Shown piece by piece: positions 8,804-17,631 of a stretch of DNA of 32,000 nt (position 1 is the stretch's first letter; each line of letters opens with the position of its first letter). The notes below the pieces were generated by a model. It was not told where the DNA came from, did no database searches, and saw only the letters and a list, made by a program, of their open reading frames with translations. A program made the translations under genes and the position numbers. Source of the DNA: an uncultured archaeon (GTDB taxonomy: Archaea; Asgardarchaeota; Thorarchaeia; Thorarchaeales; Thorarchaeaceae); contig CAZYLT010000001.1 of NCBI GenBank assembly GCA_964648855.1, forward strand, positions 360,001 through 392,000, written 5' to 3'.

Positions 8804-9235
8804 ATGGCTGAAGACGATGACGATTTCATCATGGAGGAATTTGAATGGGCCCTAAAGGACCCAACAGAAGAAAAGCTACGTCAACTCGGTGAAGTAGTCA
8901 GCATCATAACAGGAAAAATTGTTGATGCCATAGGTCAACTTGAAAACCGTATTAGTTCGTTAGAAGAAAATGTCAGTAACATGAGTTCTCGCATATCATC
9001 TCTAAGCTCGAGAGCGAGCAGTGCTAGTGCAGAACCCGCTGCGGAAGCAGTAGAATCCACACCCAGTCCACCAACATCGCCAAGCGTTGGTGGTGCCCCA
9101 GAACCAGCATCAGCCAGTGCAGGAGGCGGAGGGCCACCTGGAGGCGGAGGTGGTGGAATGACAATGATGGGGGAGCTCAAAGCATTGTTGGCGGCGAGAA
9201 GAAAGAAAGTAGAAGGCGGAGAAAAACAGGCTTAG
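8804..9235 (+). CDS. Coiled-coil + Pro/Ser/Gly-rich linker + C-terminal basic amphipathic helix (candidate actin-binding protein)
   Basis: Heptad pattern in IGQLENRISSLEENVSNMSSRISSL; linker PSPPTSPSVGGAPEP...GPPGGGGGG; tail MMGELKALLAARRKKVE. Confidence 0.7.
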   Translation: MAEDDDDFIMEEFEWALKDPTEEKLRQLGEVVSIITGKIVDAIGQLENRISSLEENVSNMSSRISSLSSRASSASAEPAAEAVESTPSPPTSPSVGGAPEPASASAGGGGPPGGGGGGMTMMGELKALLAARRKKVEGGEKQA

Positions 9236-9894
9236 GTCAATAATTTACGACTGTTCTTTTTGTAGAAAGGGCCTGCGTGGCGGGGCATAGAAACAGTGAA
9301 CGCCTCTGCGCGCGAACAAGCGCCTTGGACGCCTCTCAGTTTTGTTCGAGCATCATAGAAAGTCAAGTAGAAGCCTTCAGCTTTTGAAATCTGAGATTCG
9401 TGTTTCTTCAGTGCCAATAAGCTCTCATCGTAGGACGTGGTGATATCCACTATAAAGTGAGGATGTGAATGGAGAGTGTTGATTTCCATCTGTAGCATGC
9501 GATCCACTCTATGAGGTTCTTCGAACATTGTCTTGTGCGATGCCCATTCGATAGATTCCATAACAAGCTCCGCACAGATTCTGTGGTTACGATTGTAGTC
9601 CTCGCTAGAGTGCGTGATTATGATATCGGGACGGGACTGGAGGATAACCTCAATTACTGAGTCGGAAAGACTTCTATCGATTTCAAAGTCCCCTCGATTG
9701 GAAGGGTATATCTTTCTGACACCCAATATGTCACAAGCATTTGCAAGCTCCTCATTTCGTTTGTCATTTCCGGTTAAGCAAAGGACATCTACTGGAATGT
9801 CCGCCTTGGTATGATTTCTGATTGTCCCTCCAGCACCAAGACATTCGTCATCGGGATGTGCGGTAATCACAAGAATAGAATCCAAATCTGCCAT
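9232..9894 (-). CDS. bshB: PIG-L/LmbE family deacetylase, putative BshB
   Basis: ILVITAHPDDE, RNEELANACDILG, RPDIIITH, HESQI and AEAF; divergent from bshA-bshC. ATG at 9894. Confidence 0.8.
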   Translation of the reverse strand: MADLDSILVITAHPDDECLGAGGTIRNHTKADIPVDVLCLTGNDKRNEELANACDILGVRKIYPSNRGDFEIDRSLSDSVIEVILQSRPDIIITHSSEDYNRNHRICAELVMESIEWASHKTMFEEPHRVDRMLQMEINTLHSHPHFIVDITTSYDESLLALKKHESQISKAEGFYLTFYDARTKLRGVQGACSRAEAFTVSMPRHAGPFYKKNSRKLLT

Positions 9895-10008
9895 ACAGGT
9901 TACTCGGAGATGGTCACTAATCAAGTTTTACCAATGCTTCAGGGGTATATTCCCGCACCAAGCACCTTAAAGGTAGGTAGTCTTGATACGATACAAGAGT
10001 TGACAAGG

Positions 10009-11172
10009 GTGAAAATTGGAGTCAATCTATATCCTTCAGTCGGTGGTTCAGGATATCTTGCCACTCGACTAGGCCAGCATCTAGTTGAGAGAGGACACAT
10101 AATCCATTTCATAACATATCAAAGACCTTTCTCATTAGTGTGGGAAGATACGCGAGGAGCATTTGTGGACCTAGTTGACACTATCGACTATCCATTATTC
10201 AAGGACATCTGCCCGCCCTATTCAATGGCGCTAGCTTCGAAGATTGTCCAAGTTTCTCAAAACTCCCAACTGGATTTGATTCATTCACACTATGCCATCC
10301 CACATGCACTATCTGCATACATGGCAAGAGAAATTGTGGGGATACCTTATGTCATTACGATGCATGGCTCAGATGTACACTCGTTAGGTCTGGACCCAGC
10401 ATATCAACCAGTAGTAAAACACACAGTTCAACAAGCAAGTGCGGTCACCACGGTAGCGGCCTTTCTCCGAGATAGTGCTTACGAAAAGTTAGGTATTGAT
10501 AGAGAAATTCATGTTATTCCAAATTTCATTGATGTTGAGAAGTACAAACGGAAAGAGGGTATACGACTTGTAGTTGAAAGCGGTTGTGTATCGGTGAGAA
10601 CAGAGGAGGATGCCGAGGCCATCAACCCAGATCAGAGAGTCCTACTCCATGTTTCAAACTTCAGGAAAGTCAAGCGAGTCGTTGAACTGATAGAAATAAT
10701 GAAAATGGTAGTGGATGAGAAGCCAGATACCCGGCTTGTTCTCGTAGGAGATGGACCAAAGAGAGTAGAGGTTGAGCGTAAGATAGAGGAGCTAGATCTT
10801 TGCCAAAAGGTACACCTTCTAGGAATCAGAAGCAATGTACATGAAATCATGTGTTCATCTGATATGCTCTTGATGAATTCCTTGCAGGAAGGGATGCCAC
10901 TTGTTATCCTAGAGGCCATGGCATCGCAATTACCTGTTGTTACGACACCAGCTGGTGGAATACCGGAATTAGTAAGACCCGGAAAGGATGGGTGGGTAAC
11001 TGAAGGTTATGAAAAGGAAGAATTTGCTCATGCGATTCTAACCCTTCTTGATGATGACGCAAAACTGAAGAAATTTGGACATACTGGATGGAAGAGAGTC
11101 AAGGAGAAATTCTCAGCAGACATAATTGTACCAAAATATGAACAGGTCTTCCAAGAAGCAGTTCAAAAATAG
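10009..11172 (+). CDS. bshA: N-acetyl-alpha-D-glucosaminyl L-malate synthase (GT4)
   Basis: KIGVNLYPSVGGSG, HFITYQRPF, HSHYAIPHA, TMHGSD, HVSNFRKVKR and EGMPLVILEAMA are BshA hallmark motifs. True start is GTG 10009 (or TTG 10000), not 9811. Confidence 0.9.
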   Translation: MKIGVNLYPSVGGSGYLATRLGQHLVERGHIIHFITYQRPFSLVWEDTRGAFVDLVDTIDYPLFKDICPPYSMALASKIVQVSQNSQLDLIHSHYAIPHALSAYMAREIVGIPYVITMHGSDVHSLGLDPAYQPVVKHTVQQASAVTTVAAFLRDSAYEKLGIDREIHVIPNFIDVEKYKRKEGIRLVVESGCVSVRTEEDAEAINPDQRVLLHVSNFRKVKRVVELIEIMKMVVDEKPDTRLVLVGDGPKRVEVERKIEELDLCQKVHLLGIRSNVHEIMCSSDMLLMNSLQEGMPLVILEAMASQLPVVTTPAGGIPELVRPGKDGWVTEGYEKEEFAHAILTLLDDDAKLKKFGHTGWKRVKEKFSADIIVPKYEQVFQEAVQK

Positions 11173-11183
11173 GAGAGTATTGA

Positions 11184-12902
11184 GTGACCAAGAGAAGCAT
11201 TACACAGGCATACTTGGACTATATTTGGAAGTCCAAACACGAGGAGTTGGCATCTGAACTCTACAACGACCCACCTATTTTGATGAACGACTTGAGAAAG
11301 CGCGCAGTCAATTTGAGAAAGACGTATGCTGAGCAAGACTGGCATACAGATGATAGGACTGAGAGATTGCAGAGGGCGTTGACAAGGATTAACCGTGAGC
11401 TAGGTTGTCTAAGTCCGAAAGTCAAGAAAAGCATTGAGAAACTACATGAGGGCGCTGTTGAGGCAGCTCATCAAAGCGTTGTATTAGGCGGCCCTTGCTA
11501 TATTCTGAACAAGGCCATCACAGCAGAAAGATTGGCGGTCCTGAACTCGACCGAGCAGACATCTCTTGTCCCATTTTATTGTATTGCTGATTATGATATA
11601 GTTCAGAGTGAGTTGACCCATACGAGAACGCCCTTGATGGGACCAAGTGGAAATATAGTGAGCATACCGGTTCCTGATGAATACGAGTTCTCACCTGTGA
11701 GTGTTGTGCCTTTACCCGAATATCATTGGTATGAGGAAGCGGAGGAGAGTATTAGAACGGGGTATAGCCCATTGTTCAAAGTACTTGAAGGAAATACACG
11801 AAAGCTCTTTGACGAAAGGCTTGAATATGCACTTTCCATAACCAGACAAGCATTTCTTAACTCCGAAACTCTGGGGGAATGGGCACAAAGGATTATTGCA
11901 AGGATTGTGAACATTGAAGGAAACCTAGGACTACCTCTAGTTCCAGCTTCTGACGATGAGATACGAAAACTATGGGCGCTTGGCATGGAATTTCTTCTCT
12001 CCAAAGAGATACGAGAGAATTTCGTTCAGATGTACGGTCAAGCCACGAAAAGAATTCAGAATAACGGGTTTGAGCCAGGTGCAGGAGGAAGGGATAGCGC
12101 GTATGTCCCATTCTTCTATGAATGCCAAACAGAATCATGTAATCGGGCTAGAACAGAGCTGTTCTATGAATTGGATGGGTCGAAAGCATTACTCAGAGGA
12201 GAATGTCCTCTTTGCAACGAAAAAATCCAATTAGAAGTCGATGCGGAAACTCCAGATCTATCAGACCAAGCTACGTTTCTATCACCCAGAGTTGATTCTC
12301 GACAATTTGCAGTCGATTCCTCGATCCCTATCATAGCTCATGCGGGAGGGCCGGGAGAGACTGCGTATTATGCGCAAGTCATACCGATTGCAAGAAAATT
12401 GAAGATACCATTTCCTATGTTTGTGAAATACCCTCGTGTCTTTTTCAATACCCCATGGAGCGAAGATATGGCTAACCAGCTAAAGACAAGCGAGATTCCC
12501 GTGCTTCACAGAGGTGAGATGTTTCGGGCCATGGGACAAGTTACTCGAAATAGAAACAAAGAGAACTATGACGAGATGAATGGGGCAATCCAGGATCTTG
12601 CAGGAATCATTTGGACGACACATGATGAGCTGTTAGAATCTTTGCATAAACTTGAGAAGGAGATTGAGGAAACCGAGGAGCATGTAGAGGAAGACAGACT
12701 AGAGCTGAAATTCAAAATTGAAACCTATCTGTCTTGGGCATATGGTCGGTATGCAAAGGGAAAGAATGCACAGGAGTCATCTTGGTCATGGATTGAATGG
12801 GTACTAAATGCGGGACTTGGTGATTTATTTGGACCGTACGAGCGGGCCTATATGCAACAAATGAAGAATGGAGCAACGCTTTTTGTAAATTTCATGGTAT
12901 GA
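11184..12902 (+). CDS. bshC: Bacillithiol biosynthesis cysteine-adding enzyme BshC-like
   Basis: EAAHQSVVLGGPCYILNKAITA (cf. BshC GQQ..GGPLY..YK), ADYD, LSPRV, GGPGETAYYAQ, PR, coiled coil, terminal QE; 11 bp downstream of bshA. Confidence 0.82.
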   Translation: MTKRSITQAYLDYIWKSKHEELASELYNDPPILMNDLRKRAVNLRKTYAEQDWHTDDRTERLQRALTRINRELGCLSPKVKKSIEKLHEGAVEAAHQSVVLGGPCYILNKAITAERLAVLNSTEQTSLVPFYCIADYDIVQSELTHTRTPLMGPSGNIVSIPVPDEYEFSPVSVVPLPEYHWYEEAEESIRTGYSPLFKVLEGNTRKLFDERLEYALSITRQAFLNSETLGEWAQRIIARIVNIEGNLGLPLVPASDDEIRKLWALGMEFLLSKEIRENFVQMYGQATKRIQNNGFEPGAGGRDSAYVPFFYECQTESCNRARTELFYELDGSKALLRGECPLCNEKIQLEVDAETPDLSDQATFLSPRVDSRQFAVDSSIPIIAHAGGPGETAYYAQVIPIARKLKIPFPMFVKYPRVFFNTPWSEDMANQLKTSEIPVLHRGEMFRAMGQVTRNRNKENYDEMNGAIQDLAGIIWTTHDELLESLHKLEKEIEETEEHVEEDRLELKFKIETYLSWAYGRYAKGKNAQESSWSWIEWVLNAGLGDLFGPYERAYMQQMKNGATLFVNFMV

Positions 12903-12914
12903 AAACAAGAACGG

Positions 12915-12951
12915 GGCACCAGAGCCGAGTTTCTGGTGCCTTTGCGTTTTT
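12915..12951. terminator. Hairpin between convergent bshC and aminotransferase genes
   Basis: GGCACCAGA-N8-TCTGGTGCC followed by TTTGCGTTTTT; A-rich flank on the other side. Confidence 0.65.
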
Positions 12952-14224
12952 ACTCTAGCTGTTCTGATAGAAGATTGCCAAGCTTCTCAATACCTTCGGA
13001 TATCACATCTGGTTCAGCATAGGAGTATCCTAACCTCATCGTGTTAGGCTGTGGTGAGGTTGGCTTTAACTCGTTCCCATTTTCCGTCAGGTCGTATCCG
13101 GTAATGGGGTAGAATGGGCCACCAGGAACATAGATAATATCATTTGGGAGCGCTACATCCATCATGAATTTCTTGCTATCAAAATCGGGTTTCTCGCTTT
13201 CCCACCAGATGAAGAAGCCACCTGTGGGATCAGTTCTCTTGCCAGTGGGGAATGATGAGTCTATTGCTTTTGCCATTGCTTTGTATCGCTTTTCGTACTC
13301 GGGAATTGCGACCTTCATGGCCTCGTCAATGTAGTTCATGTAGTACTCGTTCAAGATTCGCTGAACTAAGGTGGACGTACATAGGTCAAGGTAGCCTTTA
13401 TCCTTCAGAACTTGTTCTCGAACATTGGTTGGCATCACAGAATATCCGACTCTAAGAACGGCAGCCTCTTTGCTTGTAGTTGCAAGGTATGCTACTCTCG
13501 TGTTCTCTTTATCAAGTGTCTTAATCGCCTTTGGATTCTCTTTGAATTGAATTTCGGCGTAAGCGGAGTCTTCTATCAAGAGAATATCGTGGCTCTCGCA
13601 GATGTCAAATAGAGCCCTCCGACGTTTCATCGGGATTGTAGTACCCTTTGGATTATCTGAATCGGGAACAACATAGAGGATATCAGGAACTTTACCAAAC
13701 TTGATTTTTGAAACATGAACCGCTTTCTCAACATATTCAGGAATCATACCATCAAGGTCTGTCGGTACAGTTATGATACGCCCGCCAAGCTTGACAGCAG
13801 GCACTAGGAATCCAAGGTAAGCCGGGGACGGAGTGATTATTACATCACCAGGGTCAATGAGAGTATCGAGGAGCGCATAAAGCGCCTGTTGTGAGCCATT
13901 TGTAATGGATATTTGTTCCCATTCTCCATCATCACAATCAATAGGTATTCCACGAACCTCACATAGTCTCTGAGCAAGCGTGTTTATAAACCAAGGCTGA
14001 CCACCTGTTGGCCCGTAGTTAAAATCCTCTAGTGCCATCTTTGGATTTTCTTTGTACCTTTCGCTCAAATCGGCCATAATATCAGCGAAGATATCTGTGG
14101 GAATTATGCCGGGTTTGCCGCCAGCATAATAATAATCCACATGATACTCCAAGAGAGCTCGGATTTGAGATTCTTCGATAAACGAAGTCCAACTCGAAAA
14201 ACTATATCCATCTTTATCTGCCAT
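12950..14224 (-). CDS. PLP-dependent aminotransferase class I/II (Aro8/LysN-like)
   Basis: AGGKP, YGPTGG, ITNGSQQAL, NPKG, IEDSAY, SKEAAVLRVG (PLP lysine), MRLGYS. Confidence 0.92.
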   Translation of the reverse strand: MADKDGYSFSSWTSFIEESQIRALLEYHVDYYYAGGKPGIIPTDIFADIMADLSERYKENPKMALEDFNYGPTGGQPWFINTLAQRLCEVRGIPIDCDDGEWEQISITNGSQQALYALLDTLIDPGDVIITPSPAYLGFLVPAVKLGGRIITVPTDLDGMIPEYVEKAVHVSKIKFGKVPDILYVVPDSDNPKGTTIPMKRRRALFDICESHDILLIEDSAYAEIQFKENPKAIKTLDKENTRVAYLATTSKEAAVLRVGYSVMPTNVREQVLKDKGYLDLCTSTLVQRILNEYYMNYIDEAMKVAIPEYEKRYKAMAKAIDSSFPTGKRTDPTGGFFIWWESEKPDFDSKKFMMDVALPNDIIYVPGGPFYPITGYDLTENGNELKPTSPQPNTMRLGYSYAEPDVISEGIEKLGNLLSEQLE

Positions 14225-14255
14225 TAGAACTCATTCCATCAACTACGATATGGTC

Positions 14256-14368
14256 ATGTACACTTTTGTACAGCAGTTCGAGAATATGTGCCAATTCCCT
14301 TTATCTGTTTCTGATTATGAGATGGAAAAAGCGGTCTCTTCCGACCCAGTATGTACACTTCCGTACAT
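14256..14368. promoter_or_regulatory. Twin palindromic operator ATGTAC-ACTTYY-GTACA (14256-14273 and 14351-14368)
   Basis: ATGTACACTTTTGTACAG and ATGTACACTTCCGTACAT, 95 bp apart, in the 158-bp gap upstream of the aminotransferase. Confidence 0.65.
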
Positions 14369-14382
14369 CTTGTTGGTGCAAT

Positions 14383-15171
14383 CTACTGCATGGTTTGTTC
14401 GGCTATGGTTCTCGCAGCCTCAGTAGGATTATCAGCATTAATTATGGAACGTGCAACAATAACATATTCTGCTCCAGCTTGTATTGCATCACTAGCGGAC
14501 CCTCCCTGAGCTCCAACTCCAGGCGAGAGTATTGGTACCGTATCACCAAGAATGTTCTTGACTTCGGTGATCCGTTCCGGATAGGTTGCCCCCACAATCA
14601 CTCCGTCCGCCTCCCACTTCTTTGCACGCCGTGCAAATTCGATGTAGAGTGGCTCCCACTTCTTTCCCTTTTCATCCAGCGCGACCTTTAGGCCATATCC
14701 CTCTTCTGACCCAGGATGAGACATATAGCACAGACTGATGATTCCCTTAGACCGTTCAGTGGCAACTTTGAAAACTGAATCAAGACCTCCGTCCCAACCC
14801 ACAAAGGGATTAACAATGACAGCATCGAAGCCGGCATCCAAATAATACTTGGCGATTACTTCGTTTGAGTGACCGATATCGTTGATTTTGCAGTCCATGA
14901 TAGCTGTCAGGCCTAAGTCATGGATTGACTCAATCATACCAGGGATTTCGTCATAAAGACCCAAAGGCAATACGAGATGTCGGTTGAATTTGTATGCGAT
15001 TACATGATCAGAAGTCTGGCGGATGATACTGCGAGCCTTCTCTGCTAGCCTTTTTCTCTCGTCAATGCGGGCTTCACTTCTATAGAGTGTTGTATTTGCT
15101 ACAAGATCCAATCCGAGGATGAGTCTGCTTTTCCTGACAAATTTGGCGGCTGCAAGTTTTCTCTTATACAC
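14383..15171 (-). CDS. pyrF: Orotidine 5'-phosphate decarboxylase
   Basis: LILGLD, AYKFN, DCKINDIG, MSHPG, VGAT, SPGVGAQGG, IVARSI. Confidence 0.95.
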   Translation of the reverse strand: MYKRKLAAAKFVRKSRLILGLDLVANTTLYRSEARIDERKRLAEKARSIIRQTSDHVIAYKFNRHLVLPLGLYDEIPGMIESIHDLGLTAIMDCKINDIGHSNEVIAKYYLDAGFDAVIVNPFVGWDGGLDSVFKVATERSKGIISLCYMSHPGSEEGYGLKVALDEKGKKWEPLYIEFARRAKKWEADGVIVGATYPERITEVKNILGDTVPILSPGVGAQGGSASDAIQAGAEYVIVARSIINADNPTEAARTIAEQTMQ

Positions 15172-15247
15172 GGCGAAAAACTCCTAAATACCTTACATCT
15201 CCTTGGTCGAGGACACTTATATTAAATGCGGAATCCAGAACAATAGC

Positions 15248-16300
15248 GTGATTGAGTTGAGTCCGGACTGGATGGAAACACGATTGGTTGTTGTCGCCAC
15301 TGCGATTCTGGGGTCAATCTATTTCTTCCTACTCATGTTCATCTTACCATTCACGTTGAGTCCGTTTACCGACCCGTTGCACAACGAACTATTTCACCAT
15401 GTAGTGACTCCACTCGTTTTCTCTGCACCCTGGCTCGGGATAATCTACAACTCTAGATACAGATTTGCCAACACTATTCACCATATGCATGACTCAACTA
15501 GTTCCGTACCCTTAAGATGGAGAGTATTCTATGGCACAAATGCGGCATTTGTTCTTGCCTTTTTCGTACTGCCAATTGTAACTCCACCGCTTGCAATTCT
15601 TGGGGGGTTGTATGTTGCCGGAGTGGTATTCTATCGCGTCGGGGTTGGAAAACTTGGCGGAGGTAGATTGGCATCAGCCTTGGCGGTTCTGATTGCTATT
15701 GCCTTATGTATTCTTCCTACAATTATACTACTCCAGTTCATACCAGAGTATGTGTTGGTTTGGCAGGAAATACTAGCAGCATGGAGCTCTTTTTGGGTGA
15801 AAGTCGTATACGGGATCGCCCAATGTCTAGTGAATGCTCTAAGCTTCGGGGCACCGGTCTACTTCCTCTATTTCGCAGCCCAAGAATACGACAAGGGAGT
15901 CTACGGGGAGATATATACGGCAACGCCTACAAAATGGATTTGGATTGTAGAGTCCATCATTTTCTTGATTTTCATCGCCCTATATTTGCCACCGGTTCCA
16001 ACTCCATTGGGAGCAATACCATTCCTAGACCGGTCGGACCTCTTTAATCAGTACATAAACTGGATATCTCTCGGAGTAGTTGTTATTCTCACTCTGGTGA
16101 AAAAATTGCTTGGAGTTGAGAATGACACCACATTGGGAGGCCCCTCTAACATTATCATCGTTGGATTGTTTCTGGTAGTGGAGCTCTTCTTCAAAACGGA
16201 TTTACTCATTGTCACTCTGATAATCTGGCTGGCATTCATGTTATACGCTACCGTTTTCTTAGCGAACTTCCTCAGAGCATCACCACGGGAGATGTACTAG
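15248..16300 (+). CDS. Multi-pass integral membrane protein of unknown function (about 10 TM)
   Basis: Long alternating hydrophobic segments; TATA-like CTTATATTAAA near 15216 supports GTG 15248 (ATG 15272 is an alternative). Confidence 0.75.
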   Translation: MIELSPDWMETRLVVVATAILGSIYFFLLMFILPFTLSPFTDPLHNELFHHVVTPLVFSAPWLGIIYNSRYRFANTIHHMHDSTSSVPLRWRVFYGTNAAFVLAFFVLPIVTPPLAILGGLYVAGVVFYRVGVGKLGGGRLASALAVLIAIALCILPTIILLQFIPEYVLVWQEILAAWSSFWVKVVYGIAQCLVNALSFGAPVYFLYFAAQEYDKGVYGEIYTATPTKWIWIVESIIFLIFIALYLPPVPTPLGAIPFLDRSDLFNQYINWISLGVVVILTLVKKLLGVENDTTLGGPSNIIIVGLFLVVELFFKTDLLIVTLIIWLAFMLYATVFLANFLRASPREMY

Positions 16301-16349
16301 CATTGATTATGATTCCGTCGCTCTCTAGCCAAATGTGGTGATTCATTTA

Positions 16350-16631
16350 TCATTCGTCTTCAGAAGCAAAATGCATTTCTTCTTCGCTTGAATGGGTTTC
16401 TTCCAAGTGAGCGGCCCTTCTCTTCGTACGTTTTGTAGTGCACCGAACAGCACGCATTGCTAGTGTAATGATAAGCACAAAACTCAGTATGATGACAAAG
16501 ACATCCACCGTGTCGTTCACATCTATTAGTGCAATCCATATCACAATCAACGCGGCTGGAACTGCCACAACGACCATTCCGAGGATCGTTATGACGCAAG
16601 AAGACGGCGACTCATCAATGAACCCAGTCAT
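16350..16631 (-). CDS. Small 2-TM membrane protein (93 aa)
   Basis: C-terminal part of the long 16350-17273 ORF starting at ATG 16631: two hydrophobic helices, a basic cluster and an acidic tail; does not overlap NUDIX when started here. Confidence 0.6.
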   Translation of the reverse strand: MTGFIDESPSSCVITILGMVVVAVPAALIVIWIALIDVNDTVDVFVIILSFVLIITLAMRAVRCTTKRTKRRAAHLEETHSSEEEMHFASEDE

Positions 16632-16725
16632 ATGTATGGTGTGGAATGTGGGCAAGAACAGTTCTCTGTCAACATCCGAATATGTTATGACGGAGAACAT
16701 TGCTTGCCATGAAGAGGATTCCTCA

Positions 16726-17196
16726 ATGAAACAAAAGAGAACTGGGAAAAGAAGAAACTGGCATAACCCAAACCCAACGGTTGATATTGCGATTACAGAT
16801 GGCCGTCGAGTTGTACTCATCCAGCGTGCGAATGAACCGTTTAAGGGACAGTGGGTATTTCCGGGAGGGTTCGTTGAGTATAATGAGCGAGTAGAAGATG
16901 CGGCTATCAGGGAAGCAAAAGAAGAAACCTCGCTGGATGTAAAGCTGGTTGACATTCTCGGGGTATATAGTGACCCCCATAGAGACCCCCGAGCACACAA
17001 TATATCGGTTGTTTTTGTTGCGAGATGGCTAGAGGGCGAAGTAATGGGTGGAGATGATGCGGCCGCAGCAGAATGGAGAGATCTGAAAGACCTGATGCCA
17101 GATGATTTAGCATTTGACCATGGCCTTGTTTTGCAGGACCTAAAGTCCTGGTTGAAAGATTCATCAATGACTTTCTGGTCAGCTAAAGAAAGATGA
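16726..17196 (+). CDS. NUDIX hydrolase (ADP-ribose pyrophosphatase-like)
   Basis: Nudix box GGFVEYNERVEDAAIREAKEETSL; RDPR, GGDDA and LAFDH. Start ATG 16726. Confidence 0.92.
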   Translation: MKQKRTGKRRNWHNPNPTVDIAITDGRRVVLIQRANEPFKGQWVFPGGFVEYNERVEDAAIREAKEETSLDVKLVDILGVYSDPHRDPRAHNISVVFVARWLEGEVMGGDDAAAAEWRDLKDLMPDDLAFDHGLVLQDLKSWLKDSSMTFWSAKER

Positions 17197-17217
17197 AGCT
17201 TGATGAGTATCTCGTAA

Positions 17218-17574
17218 TTAAATATCCAATATCTCGAGTTTCTCTTCCAGTCTGATAATAGGCAAATGTACAATCATTGGTTCAGATTCAAAGGCATCAA
17301 CAAACTTCAGAGATTCTTTTGGACGCGCCTTGTATGCCAAAAAATTGCCTTCTGGTGGTTCGTCGGCCTCATAGTAAATCCACAGAGGCATACCATAGTA
17401 TTCGTAGTAACCGTGGTTGGAAATCATTGTACCATAAACGTGCTTCCCCTTGTGTTCGAAGTACAGCATACTTGCAGGACGGTCTCGTTGAGACCATGAT
17501 ACAAGCATTCTAGCCAAATCGGTCATGGAAGATAGTTTTAGGTTCACAGGAGGGCGAATATCTTCTTTGCTCAT
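17218..17574 (-). CDS. Conserved archaeal hypothetical protein ('cren protein'-like)
   Basis: DLARM...KHVYG...YYEYYGMPLWIYY...PIIRL pattern resembles a small TACK-conserved family (recalled, not searched). ATG at 17574. Confidence 0.65.
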   Translation of the reverse strand: MSKEDIRPPVNLKLSSMTDLARMLVSWSQRDRPASMLYFEHKGKHVYGTMISNHGYYEYYGMPLWIYYEADEPPEGNFLAYKARPKESLKFVDAFESEPMIVHLPIIRLEEKLEILDI

Positions 17575-17631
17575 TTTGACACCAGTTTCAATGCAAAATT
17601 CAGTCCTTATAAGGCCATTCATGCAGGGCAG

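Noticed and set aside
8935-9180. Minus-strand ORF with long polyproline runs (PPPPPPGGPPPP)
   Set aside because: Antisense reading of the Gly codons of the 8804 gene; the plus strand has the promoter and coherent domains.
9811-10008. N-terminal extension of the bshA ORF
   Set aside because: Overlaps bshB and the divergent promoter; family similarity begins at KIGVNLYP.
16632-17273. Upstream part of the 307-aa minus ORF, and the 16438-16725 extension of NUDIX
   Set aside because: Mutual antisense shadows; resolved as two non-overlapping divergent genes.
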